NCBI GenBank assembly: GCA_035084275.1
Contig: CM068751.1
Span: 18,724,001-18,788,000, forward strand
DNA: 64,000 nucleotides
From: Hydrolagus colliei
Lineage: Eukaryota
Direction: 5' to 3'
Made by a program: the position numbers and the translations under genes. Of this stretch, positions 25,626 through 41,650 are shown one piece after another (positions within the stretch are counted from its first letter, which is position 1; every line of letters starts with the position of its first letter). The notes under the pieces are model-generated. The model did no database searches and was not told where the DNA came from. It worked only from the letters and a program-made list of their open reading frames with translations.

Positions 25626-27031
25626 AAAAAATGTTTTATTTGGATCTGATGACTATAGGAGTCAGCATTTCGGGGGAGCTGTCTGTCGGGATGTGTTCGA
25701 ACTTACCCTGTGCAACTGTAAACCTCGAGTTCGACTGTCTTGGGTCATCCTAAAGTATTGTTCTGGGTTTAGGTTTTCAGTCCCATTCAAAATTAAATAT
25801 ATCTCTATAAAGGTCTCCTCTTAGATCAGTTTTCTCAAGACTTTAAAAGTTCTCGCTTGTCTATTTGTTGCTGAAGAAAGAAAAAAAAGATTAATACTGC
25901 TGTGCGCAATTGGCTGCTGCGTTTCACCCCCAAAATGCAGATTCAATTCACTTTACAGTACATGCTGCTTTGAAACGTCGCGATGACGTGATCAAGCTCT
26001 CTATTGAACGCAAAGATTATGATTAGCCTTTCAGGACGCGGAGACTGTTTTAACTACTTTGTTTGCCCCAAGACTGCATTGAGACGGGGCTGGATATCAA
26101 CGCAAATGTTGACATCGTGAAACGTTTTCTCTCTCCCATTAGCGCATACCAACGTTTCAAAACGAGTGGCTTTGCTTTTACAGACGCAACACAGACAAAG
26201 ACATGCAGCCCATCACTCTCGCAGTGAACAAGCATGTCAAAGTCCTGGCTTTGATTGATGAAGCAAAACAGCATGTGCTTCAGGGGACATTTTCAGCAGA
26301 TGTTGACATCTCGTAAAAAGCAAACAGTTTGGCTTTGGCCAAGGTATTAAGAAATTACCCCTTTGCCTCAGGATAGCTGCCTGTTACATTCTTTGACAGG
26401 AGCAATATTTGGTTCCACAATGTCACTAAAACATCTTGAAAGACCGGTCCTCAAGAGTTGAGCCGGGGTGAGTTTGACGTCCTAATTGCTAAACCTCTTT
26501 GAAACTTGCATCTCTGGAATCGCTGGGCAGAGCTGTCCATCCCAAGCCCAGCAGAGTGGAAAATTCACAACACTTCTTGAGGTTATAGGGCTCAAGGCAG
26601 AGTTGTTGTTGATACAAAGGGGAGTTCAATTCTGCACCGAATACAATTTATACCTGATCTGGATAACAATAACAAATTGCTTTCATACATCGCCTTTCAG
26701 GTTGGGAGGCCAGAGAGGAGGGAGCAGAGACGTTGGTGAAACTTTCATCAGTCCACAGAGATTGGGAGGAGTAAGACTTGGTGAAGGGCTTGAAAGCTGG
26801 AAACGACGAGGGAGGTGAACTCAATCTTTTGAGGGATTGAGAGACATTGAAGTTGGATAGCTTGATGATGCGGATTGAGCGGTGGTGGGGGGGGAGGATG
26901 AGGTGAGATGGGGGAGGCAAATGAAGAATCACTCCATTTGTCAGTACTGCCCTCCCCTTTTCCCACTCTACCCTCAATCACAGGCATAGAAAAGAATGCA
27001 CCTCTTTTTGTTAAATATAAAAAAAAATCTT

Positions 27032-27037
27032 TTTAAT
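27032..27037 (-). terminator. Candidate TRPC1 polyadenylation signal
   Basis: ATTAAA on the minus strand about 700 nt after the stop, followed by a U-rich tract. Confidence 0.45.
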
Positions 27038-27453
27038 ACCTTAACTAACGGAAAGTAAACAGAAACATTCTAACTTCTTACTGGTCAAACAGCTGAACAC
27101 ATTGTGTACCTATAGATCGTACACATGTTAAGGGAACTGCCATCAATCTGCCTCAGCTTCCGACGGATCAAATAGTTGCATTTTTCGAATTTTCAGCCAC
27201 TGATCAAACAATATAGCCTGAGGGTTAAAGGTCAGAATTTCAAAACACTTTTTTGTCGTCGTTTGATGGGGGAGGAAAAACACAAGTGTGGAAGCGTTGA
27301 GCTAAAATGGCAGTGAAATAACAAACGTTTGTGTTGGGTGCTTTTCTGCATGTATTTGTTAGTATATATATATATATATTTTTTAAATGGCTATTTCATT
27401 TTGTTGCCATACATCACTGTTGCAGAAATTGATGGGGAGTGCTATATTACACA

Positions 27454-27641
27454 ATAATCCCTCCATTGGTCATTTCAATCCACGACTGTTTGTGGGGACG
27501 CTGCTGTGTGCAATTGGCCGCCGTGTTTCGCCAACAAATATACAGCCAATTCACTTTGCAGTATATTCCGTGAAGCGCTTTGAGTCGTCTAGAAGACGTG
27601 AAAAGCGCTATATCAAAATGCAAGGATTATTATTATTATTA
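27454..27641 (+). mobile_element. 5'-truncated SINE in the TRPC1 3'UTR (antisense to the mRNA)
   Basis: SINE core and tail ending about 100 nt from the TRPC1 stop codon. Confidence 0.85.
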
Positions 27642-27741
27642 CAAGTTAAAGACCTCGAAAGCGGTAAGTAAGTAACTAAGTGCTGTACAGTGACTGGCCA
27701 CAGGGACTTTGGAGCATTGCACATTGAAGCCACAATACTGG

Positions 27742-28002
<261 letters not shown>

Positions 28003-28688
28003 TCACGGCGTTGGCAATTTACATACCGCATCATCATTCCTAACGAAACACAACATTGGAATTCCTAGACTAAAGAAGACCCAAGTTCCCCGACTACAAT
28101 CCTGGTCATCGTATGCTACAATAATTCGGAGGCCGATAGCAATTGAATTGTGGACGGATTAGTCCACAGCAGAGTGGAAAGCTTTGGAAACGTCAGATCC
28201 AAAGTTTGCCTAGTTCTTCCAACTTGTCATGTCTCGAGTTACTCACATGCCACGTCCCAAAATATTATTGTTGGAATGAATTGACACTGTCAGAGTCTTG
28301 GCAAATGTCAAGCATCCAAAGGCAGCCAATTCTGCGCAACCGATGTCCCACAAAACGAGATAAGTAGCCAAAGTCAGGTGGGCTCCACAGGCTCCCCATC
28401 TCTCCCTACCTCCCCTCCCCCCCCCTCCCCCCACCCACAAACCATCCCTCAGTGGATGAAGTTCAAGACCCTCATTCTCACAATCCGCCCAACCTTCCTC
28501 CAAACTCCACAGATCCCACCATCCCTATTGCTCCCTTTCCCGAGTCAAGTAATGTATGTGCGTCTCCGCTGTGTCTCATATGCTGGTTACACCTTTAACA
28601 CGGGGTGGCATTCAGGTCCCAGTGCTACACTGATCAGTGCCTCTATCCCCTCAATCACCAGGTTCTTCTGAAACGATTGCCTTCCTCA

Positions 28689-28949
<261 letters not shown>

Positions 28950-29052
28950 CTACACAAATCAGACTGACAAACCGAAGAGTAGAGCCTCGGCAAAATCACT
29001 CAACCTTGTGTGTTCTCTTATGTGTTTCCCTATTTACGTGCGCAATTGTCGT

Positions 29053-29385
29053 GGAGTCCTGTAGCTCAGTGGTTAGAGCACCCGCCTTACAAGCGTGAGA
29101 CCTGCGTTCGAATCCAGGCAGGCAGGTCAGGGCGAAACCTTGGGCAAGTTTCCTTACTCCACACACACACACACACACATTCCTAATAATAATCCCTCAA
29201 AAAAAACACAATAATAAAATTGGTCATTTCAATCCACGACTGTTTGTGGGGACGCTGCTGTGCGCAATTGGCTGCCGCATTTCGCCCACAAGTATACAGT
29301 CAATTCACTTTACAATATATTCTGTGAAGCGCTTTGAGACGTCGATAAGATGTGAAAAGAGCTATATCAAAACGCAGGGATTATT
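29053..29385 (+). mobile_element. Full-length SINE (main family)
   Basis: A box, B box GTTCGAATCC, (CA)n linker, core and tail. Confidence 0.88.
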
Positions 29386-30661
29386 CCAATTCGGAAGCCA
29401 AGTGTTTTGAATGACCAATGAGCGCCTTCTTTGACTTCCAGCTGTCAAGACTCGGTGATCGAGAGAGAACGAGAGCAGCCTCAGTAATCAATTTGTTCTC
29501 ACAGGGTATATTCCCCAGCGTACTGGGTGGGTGGCTGTTGGTGAGCTCCAAAACAGTAATCCAATTGAGGAATTCAAGTGATGTCAGTGACCGCAAATAT
29601 GTGTTTATGGAAGGGACTGAAACCTACAGACGTGAGTAAGCGTAGATGTAGCCATCAAATACCTTAAGAAACCCTATAGTCTTGTTGGCACAATAGTGTT
29701 GCCATCTGTGTCAAGGAAATTGCTCAGGGCTGAGTAACTCACATAAGAATGTGAATAAGACTGAGATCCAATTTCGAGGTTGAGGAGAGGTGGGGGGAAT
29801 CCACATTTTTTTCTATTTGGGAATTTTTTCTTGTGGTTTTTTTTTACGCCTCTGACACAGGCCATACATGTGCAAGTCAAACACTATCAACTTGAAGGAG
29901 TTGGTGTCATGGGTTAGCTACAAACTTTTTCTCATTCTGCAGTTTAGTTATTTTTTTGTAAGAGAGCGAGCGGAGCTGTGTGGTATGTGCTCATACTCTG
30001 AACATAGAGACATATTTTTGACTTTGTTCAGCTTTAAATCTCCTTGTGAACCCAACTGAAGAGGACATTTCTTGGGATGCATTGGAATTTGGTCTGGAAT
30101 TTGGTCCAATTGGATACACACATTACCCATATCTGCACACACACACACACATACACACAGCAGACATGCACAAACACAATGTAGAAATGCAATGAATGTC
30201 TACATGTTATATATGTGCACACATGTGCCACTATACTACAATATACACTACATCTGGTCACATTATATGCATCTATACACATGCACTGTACATCTACATG
30301 GACATGCAGTGTATATATATATATATGCAGATGCGTCCACACACGTGGAATTGTTTACAAACTGCGGTCATCACAAAGCTCGTCGATTAATGGAAAAGGG
30401 AAGGAGTGTGAGAAGGAATCAGGAACGGTCAGTTGAGCGGAATTAGTAAAGATTGGCTCATGTGGAAAAACAGCATAGACCATTGGCATGCTGCAACTGT
30501 GATTCTATGCAGCCATTCACACACATATAGACACACAAACAGACACACACACACTCACACATAATTACATACACAAGGACACAGACACACACAGACACGC
30601 TCGCACTGAATGGCTCAGTTTTGGAAATTTTGTTGGATCCCATTCAGCACAAACTTTGTAT

Positions 30662-31020
30662 GTTACATAAGAATATAGGAATAAGGAGCAGGAGTAGGCC
30701 ATTCAGCCCCTCAAGCCTACCGTGCCATTCAATAAAATCATGGCTGATCTTCTAATCTAACTCTACCAGCCCACCTTATCCCCATATCCTTTAATCCCTT
30801 CATCCATAAGAAATCAGTCAATCTCAGTCTTGAATATGTTCAAGGACTGAGGATCTACATCTTTTTGGGGTAGAGAATTCCATAAATTCACTGCCCTCTG
30901 AGTGAAGAAGTTTTTTCCTCAACTCAGTGCCAAAAGGCTGACCTCCAATCCTAAAACTGTGACCCCCCCCTAGTTATAGTTTCTCCAACCAGGGGAAACA
31001 GTCTCCCACTGTCTACTCTG
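30662..31020 (-). mobile_element. CR1-type LINE 3' end
   Basis: Shares TTCCATAAATTCACT.CCCTCTGAGTGAAGAA...AAAGGCTGACC with the CR1 RT fragment at 39142. Related 3'UTR pieces at about 12355-12575, 44655-44830 and 50215-50410. Confidence 0.75.
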
Positions 31021-31761
31021 TATGTTGATGGCTGTTCTGCTGTCAGAACGCAGCACAGTGTAACCTGGGGCACCTCTGCTGGGATCTACAGGGCCTGAGC
31101 TCAAGATATTGGCTTGGGTTTAGGTGCCCAATGTAAATGGGGCTTCTGTTTGCGGATAAATGTCTGGGAGCAGCCTGGTGTTTGTGCTTACGCAACACGT
31201 CTGCATGAATAGAAAGGCTAAAAGAAACTTTGCAAAATGGCTACAGGGTTAAAAACGTTTGGTTAAATTGTGGTTAGTTTAATTTCTACCAAACATTCAG
31301 CCCAGACCAGCCCAGCTAAGGGGTTCCAGAGTATTCACGAGAAGCTGAATGATAATTTTTTTCCTTTGGTCAGCTGGGAGTCCAACACACACAGAAAGCA
31401 ATTTCTCTGCTTTAAGAGTATCTGAACCAGATCAATTTCCACATACGTACGCAATCTACAGATGGAAATTGTTACGTTTGGAATGAAATGGCCTTCCCTA
31501 GAGTGACGCACTCTGCTAACCCGAATCACAGGGAGTAACGAGGCACAGACTGGCAAGAGTCAAGGCTTGGGGATGCCAGTGTGGTTGAGATAACTTGCAT
31601 GCGATTCACAGAATATACTGCAAGTGAATTTACCATATATCCTTTGGGCAGCCAATCGAGCACAGCAGGATTGAAGGACAAAATTATTGTCTTTTTTTGA
31701 AGGGATTGTTATGCCCAGAAAATGATCCGCCAATCGCTTAAACAACCCGGGTTCCTGCTCA

Positions 31762-32658
<897 letters not shown>

Positions 32659-34431
32659 TTAATGATAATATCCATGCATTTGATTTAGCTCCTTACAACA
32701 ACAGAATTACATTTTCTAGAGCGCCTTTCACGTCGAGAGGATGTCCCAAGGCGCTGAACGGTCAGGTCGGGACTTAACACATCACTGGGATCTCTCAAAG
32801 TGCTTCACTGAATATACTGTAAATTGGATCGATTATATGTTAATAATAATCCTCGCATTTGATACAGCGCTTTTCACTTCTTCCAGACGTCTCAAAGCGC
32901 GTCACAGAATTATACTGTAAAGTGAGTTGACTGTATATTTGTGGGCGAAACGTGGCAGCCAATGATCCGCAAACCGTCGTGAATTGAGTGGCCAATTTAT
33001 TATTGTTTGCTTTTTCTTGAGGGATTATTATTAGGCGAGTGGTGTAACGAAACTTGCCCAAGGTAACTTGCCCTGCCTGGAATCAAACCCAGGTCTCTTG
33101 CTTGTAAGACAAGCGCTCTGACCACTGAGCTACATTAAAAACAGGTTTATATTTTGCTTTGGCTGTTTACATTCATCTAAACGACATAAAACTCTAAACA
33201 TGTTAAAATTGTATTGGCAGTTAAAGTGTTATTCCTCATCTCTCTTCCCCCATCACTACCCTGTAGAATAATAATCAAATCATAATGGAAATATTTTTAC
33301 TATTTCTCCAGCCCTGTTTAGCACCCAGGGAATAAGATCTGTGGGAAAAGAAGAACTTTTCATTTTATGAGCTATGCAGCTCTTTATCAAGATGAAGTAT
33401 TATATGTCTAAATTATGGCAGCCTATTTTTTTTAACTTTTGAATGTTTCTCTGCTTTTAATAACATCCTACAATGTTGGGATAAATTCTTATTCAGTTAT
33501 CTTAATTTGTCATCTAGTATTTAGAAGCCTGGTTTTAAATAGCTCATCCAAATTATTCTTTTATTGTGATTTAATCCACATAATCTACAGTACTTGTATT
33601 GTATGTGGAGTCCTATAGCTCAGTGATTAGAGCACTTGCCTTGCAAATGAGAGACCTAAGTTTGATTCCGGACAGGACGAAAGCTTGGGTAAGTTTCCTT
33701 CTCCATACAACTGATAATAATCCCTCGGAAAAAATAAGCCAATAATAAATCGGTCGTTTAAATCCACGAATCTGTGCACCAGCCATTGGTGCACAGATGC
33801 CGCTGTGCACCAATGGCTGCCGCCTTTTGCCCACAAATACATACAGTCAATTCACTTGACAGAATAATATGTGAATCGTTTTGGGACACAGTCTAGAAGA
33901 CTTGAAAAGCGCGATATCAAATGCAAGGATTATCATCATTATTATCACACAAATCCATCATTTTGTGGTAAATTGTTCCAAGTGTTTAATTATCACTCCA
34001 CCCAAATAGCAACTGGTTTGGTTTCCAACAGCAGCTCACATCTCTGATGCCATGTTATGCTCAAGTTAACATGTGGAAGCTATAACTGTGGCTCTCTGTG
34101 GCATGCAGCTGGAGTGGAGTCAAAGTAGTGGCAATTTGCTCTCCATCTTTTACCTAAAGATCAACGCTATAATTTGCCCTGGTTTGGATCACGTCTTTGC
34201 CCGCCCACCACCCACCCGCCCATCCATCCACCCACCCCACACAAGCCACCGCCTAGAGTTGTATAACAGATTGCACGTGACGTATACAAGGAGAGTGCTT
34301 TTAGTCATATATAAAAATCACACCCACCCACACACCCCACACGCGCGCGCACGCACACACACACACACACACACACATACACACACATACACACGCACAC
34401 ACATATCTCCACAAAAAAGCCCATCAACTCA

Positions 34432-34608
<177 letters not shown>

Positions 34609-37529
34609 CTAAATCAGCAACCACAACAGGTTAACAACTTCTGTGGACTGTCGGTGGAAATGTCAGGCCGTGCTGGCTCGGTTGGTTGGCCCTTGGGAGT
34701 CAGAAGATTGTGGGTTCGAGCCCTCAATGTTGGCCTCTCTGCCCCCCCCCACCACCGCCCCCCCCCACACACTCTCTGGAACTCCATCCCACAGTCTCCT
34801 CGTTCCCTCCCTCGCCTCTTTCAAAGCCGGTCTCCAGACCCTCCTCTCCGACCGTTGCCTTCAGCTAGCTGCCCTCCCAACTCTCCCCTGCCCCTCTCCC
34901 TTGCTTGGGCCCCAACCTGATTGTTCAGCGCCTTGCGTCGTCCTCCTGACGTGAAAGACGCTCTATAAACCGTGACATTGTTGTTGTTGTTGCAACACTT
35001 CAGGTTGGAGCTGACAACCCCAATGCATTGCTGGAGACGCCGACCTTCAGATGAAGATGCTAAACCCGAGGCCAAACTCTATTCGAAGAGAGAATAGAGA
35101 ACGCTGTCCACCGGATAAAATTTGATCATTCACTCCTCGCCTCTTTTTATGGGACATTGCTGTGTGCAAATTGGCTGCTGCTTTCAGCCACACAACGCAC
35201 AGTCACTGCGCATTACAGCGCAGCCTGTAAAGTGCTTCCTCCTGACGTTAAAGGAGTTACCAAGTGAGCAGTTATTATGATTATTATTATGGTATTACAG
35301 TTTAAAATCACTGGAGAGATACTGTAGTTTCTATGTGTTTTTCAGTGATGTGTCAGCTGGACTAATAACACAGCCGCTTCACTTATGAACGAATGTTACT
35401 TTTGTTTGAATTTCCTAAAATAGCTACTTTTTGCAGGAGGTGGATATTTTGTTGATCTGGTTTGCATTCATTCATTAAACTGCTGCATTCATTCATTAAA
35501 CCGCTAGGTCGAGAGGGATGAAGTTGGACTTGCTTTCATTGACAAGACAAATTATTAGGACTCTCGCACTTGGACTCTGTTTCATCTACTCCAACAGCAG
35601 CTTGATCCCTCCCTCTCCCCCAACAGCCATATCATACAAATTATATTTGTTAAAGCGCCTTTCACATTGGGAGATCGTCCCAAGGCGCTGAACAGTCAGG
35701 GTCGGGCAAGAGACATGGAGCGGGCTGGAGTGAGAGGAGGGAGCGGACAGGTTAATAAGGGGTCAGCGGGTCAGAGATGTAGAAGGAGGACAAGGTTAGG
35801 ATGAGGATTTTGAATCCTATCCTCTAAAGGGATGGGGAGCCAGTGGAGCCTGAAGAGGGTGGGAGTGGGTGGGGGTACACAATGTAACTATGAACAGCGC
35901 ACAGACAGCGTATGGAAGAGCAAGCAACGATCAACATTTTGTTTTTTCAAAACCTAACGGATTTAAAACCTAATTAATTCCCTATTGCTGTGCCGTCTGA
36001 TCTCTAGTTTCAGCTTCACTCACCCCAGCTAGAGGAGTTTAAACTGAATGTACGATGAAAAATGAATACCTGCCAACCTTTTTTTTATACAGTTTTTATA
36101 GTGCTCTTTTGGATGATGAAAAAACATAGTTTGACAGGGTTGAGTATTTTGAGTCTAGCTTCACCCTCCCCCCCCCCCCCCCATCCTCGTTAATAACAGC
36201 CTTAATTCAATTAATCGTGTCTCCAAGAAGGTGGTATGACTATGAAAGACATCTTCTCGAATCCCTCCCTCCCCCCAAAAACCTCTTTTAAATATTGTTT
36301 TACGAGTGTACACAGTTAACTGGAACATAACTAGTACTTAACTCACTGGTTCTGGTTTATTTTTAGAATTCTAAAATCCGCCACAGAACTATGTGTTGCT
36401 GGGATCTCAGTTTTACTTTCAAAATGAACTGCATTCCAAGCAATTTCAGTCTTGTGGGTTACAAAGATTAGTGCAGTGATAACCACAAGAAATCTTTGAA
36501 AAGTTTGGGGTGTGGGGAATGAGATACTGGCAAGCCTTTGCGTGTGCGCAATTAATATTAAAGTCATTCAGAGTAAGATAATAATACTGTAATAGTAATT
36601 GTTACATTTGATCACGTCGTTGAGACGTCTCAAAGTGCTTCACAGAATAGTCTTGACAAACTATTCAGCAATGCTATTTCACAAGCTTCTGTGCATTTCC
36701 CACCATCCACCCACCCCCCACCTGTTCATTGGCAGTGAGTCTAGTGGTTCAGTGAACTGATCCATTCCACGCGAGCCAGATCAAGGGGTGGGGAGAGAAG
36801 CGAGGAGAGGTCGGAGGGGGGAATGTATTTGAATTTCCCAAACCCACGAGGTGGTAATTTAATGCAAAAAGACAGAAATGGCTGGGAACACTCAGCAGGT
36901 CAGGCAGCATCTACGGAGAAAGGAGGAAGAAAAGTCAGTCGACGTTTTGGGGGTCCACGGACCTTCCGTCAGCATATGGCAATTTAACGTCGGATGCCAG
37001 ACAGACCTCGTTTTGGCGAAAGGCTTTCCTCATTAACGTTTGGTATTTAGGGGAACGGAGTGAGTCTTCTCATTTGGCACGAGGCTTAAGAGTTTCCAGA
37101 CCCCAATTCATTGCAAAGTCAACTTAACCCAGCGATCATCGGTATTCCACCTGAGCTCGGAGGAGCTCTCCGAGGGGGGGGGGGGGATGTTATTGCAATA
37201 GTTCCATTTCCCACCTTAACCCTCCAGCGTGGCCTCTCTCCTCTCGGCTGCCAATTCATTCCTGTTTCCAGAGCACTGACGTGGGGCGCCGTTTACCCCC
37301 CAACAAGTCGCAGAAACATTCCTCGCCGATAAGTGAAAAGTTCAAATGACTGACTGCGCACCCTGTAACAAAAACACTTGCCCAAAAGCATGCGCAAACA
37401 CAGACCTGTTGGGAGCGTGCAATAAAAACAAGGTGTTTAGCTTGTCGCTCAAGCAAATGTGCTTCGCCTTGTACATTCGAGTGGGTGATTGCGCTCACAG
37501 GGCACTCTGGGAAGCCTAGTCAAGGGGGC

Positions 37530-37995
37530 AGCATTCCTGCCCCTAAGCCGTGGGTTCAAGCCCATGTCAGGATTTTAAACTTGTCTCGTCTAACACGACT
37601 CCAGTTGAGTGCTGAGCGTACGTTACACTGTCAGAGGCCACGTCGGTTCGGATCGAGCATTAAACCGAGGTGCGGCCTATCTGTTCAAAATGGACATTAA
37701 CAATCCTGTGTCAAAAGGGCAAAGACCATCTCCCCGTGTCCTGGCCAACAATCCGCCAAAATGAAGCCCGTCGCTCATTCTGCCCGGCTGTTTCAGCCAG
37801 CACTTTGGGACGTCCTCCCGACGTGAAAGGCGCTCTATAAATGCAATTGCTGTTGTTGTTGTTGTCAATGCTGCTGCTGCGCGCAAATTGGCTGCCAGGT
37901 ACAAAATGCGGACTCACCACGTTTTACATTGAGACACGTGAAGCGCATTGAGACATTCCCGCTTGATGCGCTGGGTCAAATGCGATGCTTATTAT
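37530..37995 (+). mobile_element. Old full-Deu-domain SINE (AmnSINE1/SacSINE1-like) with a nested L2 tail
   Basis: GGGTTCAAGCCC B box, then GTGCTGAG...CACTGTCAGAGG...TTAAACCGAGG...TGTCCTGGCCAACA, resembling the recalled Deu domain. An antisense or foldback L2 tail lies at about 37795-37865. Confidence 0.6.
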
Positions 37996-39141
37996 TTATT
38001 ATGGCAACCGGCAAGTTTAGAGAAGTGGTATTTGTCACTGACCCTCTGGCCCTGTGCAGGCACACAGAGAGCAACGCAATAAATTTGACGGGACAGCAGG
38101 AAGATAGATCGCGATGAACAGGGTGACGCATGATCTTCTTGCTCTCCCACACCAGGTGATCGTATTATCCCTTTGACCACGGATTACTCAGTAATAAAGC
38201 AGACATCAAGAGAGGCACAAATGAAGCGTTTGTGTTTTTACGAGCCAAATCTCTCTAGGTGGTCACACACAGGAACACCTTTCCATATAGAGAGACGGTT
38301 ATGCTCGGAAATAGGCCACTAAAATCGGTGTGAAATTTTAACCAGCTTCACAATATTTGCAGTGCAAATATTTTTAGGTTTACAGCATTGGCTGGTTACA
38401 AACCACTGACTTTGAATTGGCAATGGGTGTGAGTCAGCGTGGGCGATGCTGGGATCATTTGTGGACAGTGTTCACACTGTTTCTCTCCCGAGATTTCAAC
38501 CTCAACTTTGAGGCTGTTGAGCAGGCCCTTGCGCGTGCACACACACACACACACACAGACGTAATGTAGATCTGGCAAAAACAACGCTAGCTAGAGCAAC
38601 TCCCTTCCTCACTCCCTTCGCCTCGCCCCCCCACCCCCTCTCTATTCCTACTTTCAGGTCACAGCTAAAGACTCTTTCATTTCGACCTTACTTTCGGTCA
38701 CCTCTCTCCCCCTCCCCGGCTCGGCCCACGGGATCCGTTATTGGGAAGCGGTCTGAAACGCTGTCCGGCGTGGAGTGAGTGAGGGCACTGTATAAATCCA
38801 AGTTGTTGTTGAGATGCGAGATCCCCAAAAAACCAAAGATAATTAGAAGCAGAGATATTAGAAATTGCTGCGGGGATGAGGAGAGGGAGCGGTGGGGAAT
38901 CAAGCTGCTGTTGGGGGAAGATGAAACAGACCCTAGGTGTGAGAGTAGAAGTTTAAGTTGAATTCTTTGATGGCACGTGATTTGCACTGACAATATCTCT
39001 ATTGTAAATTGGTCCTAGTTTGTGAAGGACATCACCTCTGATATAGTTTATATACATATACAGTATATATATAATATATAACATGTTTGTCCACAACAAA
39101 TATACAGTCAATCAATTTTAGTCTGTGAAGCCCTTAGAGAC

Positions 39142-39550
39142 TTAATTCCATAAATTCACTACCCTCTGAGTGAAGAAATGTTTCCTCAACTCTGTTCTAA
39201 AAGGCTGACCCTTAATTTTAAGATTATGATCCCTGGCTATAGATTCTCCTACCAGGGGAAACAATCTCTCATTGTCTACTTTGTCCAGCCCTTTAAGAAT
39301 CTTATATGTTTCAATAAGATCTCCCCTAATTCTTCTGTACTCTAGAGAATACAGCCCTAGTTTATTCAACCTATCCTCATAGGTCAGTCCCCTCATCCCA
39401 GGAACTAACCTAGTGAATCTACGCTGCATCAGGTCTAAGGCAAGTATGTCCTTTTTTAAATAAGGAGACCAAAACTACACACAATACTCTAGGTGCGGTC
39501 TCACCAGAGCCCTGTACAGTCGCAGCAAGACTTCCCTACTCTTGTACTCT
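39142..39550 (-). mobile_element. CR1 LINE ORF2 C-terminal fragment
   Basis: QRRFTRLVPGMRGLTYEDRLNKLGLYSLEYRRIRGDLIETYKILKG...FFTQRVVNLWN. Confidence 0.92.
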
Positions 39551-39895
39551 GAACAGGCAAATGGCTCCTGGGTTTAATGTCCCCATGCGAATGACGGCAC
39601 CTCAGACAATGCAACACCCCCCACCCACCCCCCACCCACCCCCCATCCACCCCCCACCCACCCCCACCTAAACACTGAATTGGGTGTCAGTTTATCTTGT
39701 GTGTTACCCAGTCCCAACATTGCCTTCTCTTTTGGAACACTGTTATAGGATCTTTAACGTCTTCCTGAAGGAGAGGCAGGGTGACTGAGTGTAACATGTT
39801 ATACGTCACAGTGAGTGTGTATCGGAGAGGGCGAGGTGAGCCTGGCTAGTGGAAGGAGACAAACAATCCATTGTTTAGATACACAAAGAATATTA

Positions 39896-40120
<225 letters not shown>

Positions 40121-40718
40121 TTATGGAGCGCATTTCACATCAGGAAGACGTCCCAAGGCGCTCAACAGTCAGGACGGGACCTGAGCAAGGGAGAGGGGAA
40201 GGGTAGTGGGGAGGCGCGGGGCGGGAGAGAGTTAGGAGGGGAGGGACAGAGTTGGGACGGCAGCAAAAGGCACGGTCGAAGAGGAGGGTCTTGTATGAGT
40301 AACATAGTGATTTTGCCCACAAAATACAGTCAATCCACTTGATAGGATACCACGTGGAGCCCTTTGAGACGCCTCGCCTGGCTGACAAAACGCCATATCC
40401 AATGCAAGAATTATCATTCATTATTAGTTATGGTGCCTCCCATTACTGTATTCCACAGCAGTCCCTCTGCACCCGAGAACCCGTCCGGCGTGGAGGGCAC
40501 TATATAAATCAAAGTTGTTGTTGTTGTCGTCGTCGTCGTCGTCCCCCCCCCCACATCAAGCATTTTCAGCATTTCCATCGCATATACTCTCTTTCCACCT
40601 CGTAATCCCCGAAGGATTGTTTAAAAGGATCAAAACCTGGCCCGTCGTCAACATATTTCCAGTCTGAGAAGCAAACGCTTTCTCACAGCCTCTCCCCACG
40701 GTACAGTTGCATTTCTTA

Positions 40719-41078
<360 letters not shown>

Positions 41079-41328
41079 TCAACCATGTCTGGTGCTACAC
41101 ATCGCTTGCTTGTAAGCAGAAATACAACCCCCCCACCCCCCAATCCCCCCACCCCCGTTCCCACATGGAGCCAGGCTGAGTATTTCCAGTATCAACTGAC
41201 GTTGTCACTCAACCTTCAATTAGTTTTAAATGTACTGTATCAAGAAGACAACGTTCCTGCAAATACCCACCATGATCTTCTGTGCTGCATTTCTATGAAC
41301 TGTAGTGGCATTGCGTGTGTAGGATTAC

Positions 41329-41650
41329 AGGAGTCCTGCAGCACAGTGGTTAGAGCACTCGCCTGACGAGCGAGAGAGACTTGGGTTCAATTCCAAGCAG
41401 GTCAGGGCGAAACCCTGGACAAATTTCCTTACTCCACACGCCTGACAATAATCCCGCACAAAAACACAATACTAAATTGGTCATTTCAATCCACGACTGT
41501 TTACGGGACACCGCTGTGCGCAATTGGCTGCCACATTTCACCCACAAATGTTCAGTCAATTCACTTTACAATACGTTCTGTGAAGCGCTTTGAGACACAG
41601 TCTAGAAGACGTGAAAAGTGCTATATCAAATGCAAGGATTATAATTATTA
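41329..41650 (+). mobile_element. Full-length SINE (main family)
   Basis: Head, core and (ATT)n tail. Confidence 0.85.

Noticed and set aside
29053-29125. tRNA-Val(TAC)-like sequences
   Set aside because: SINE heads: no proper acceptor stem, and always followed by the SINE body.
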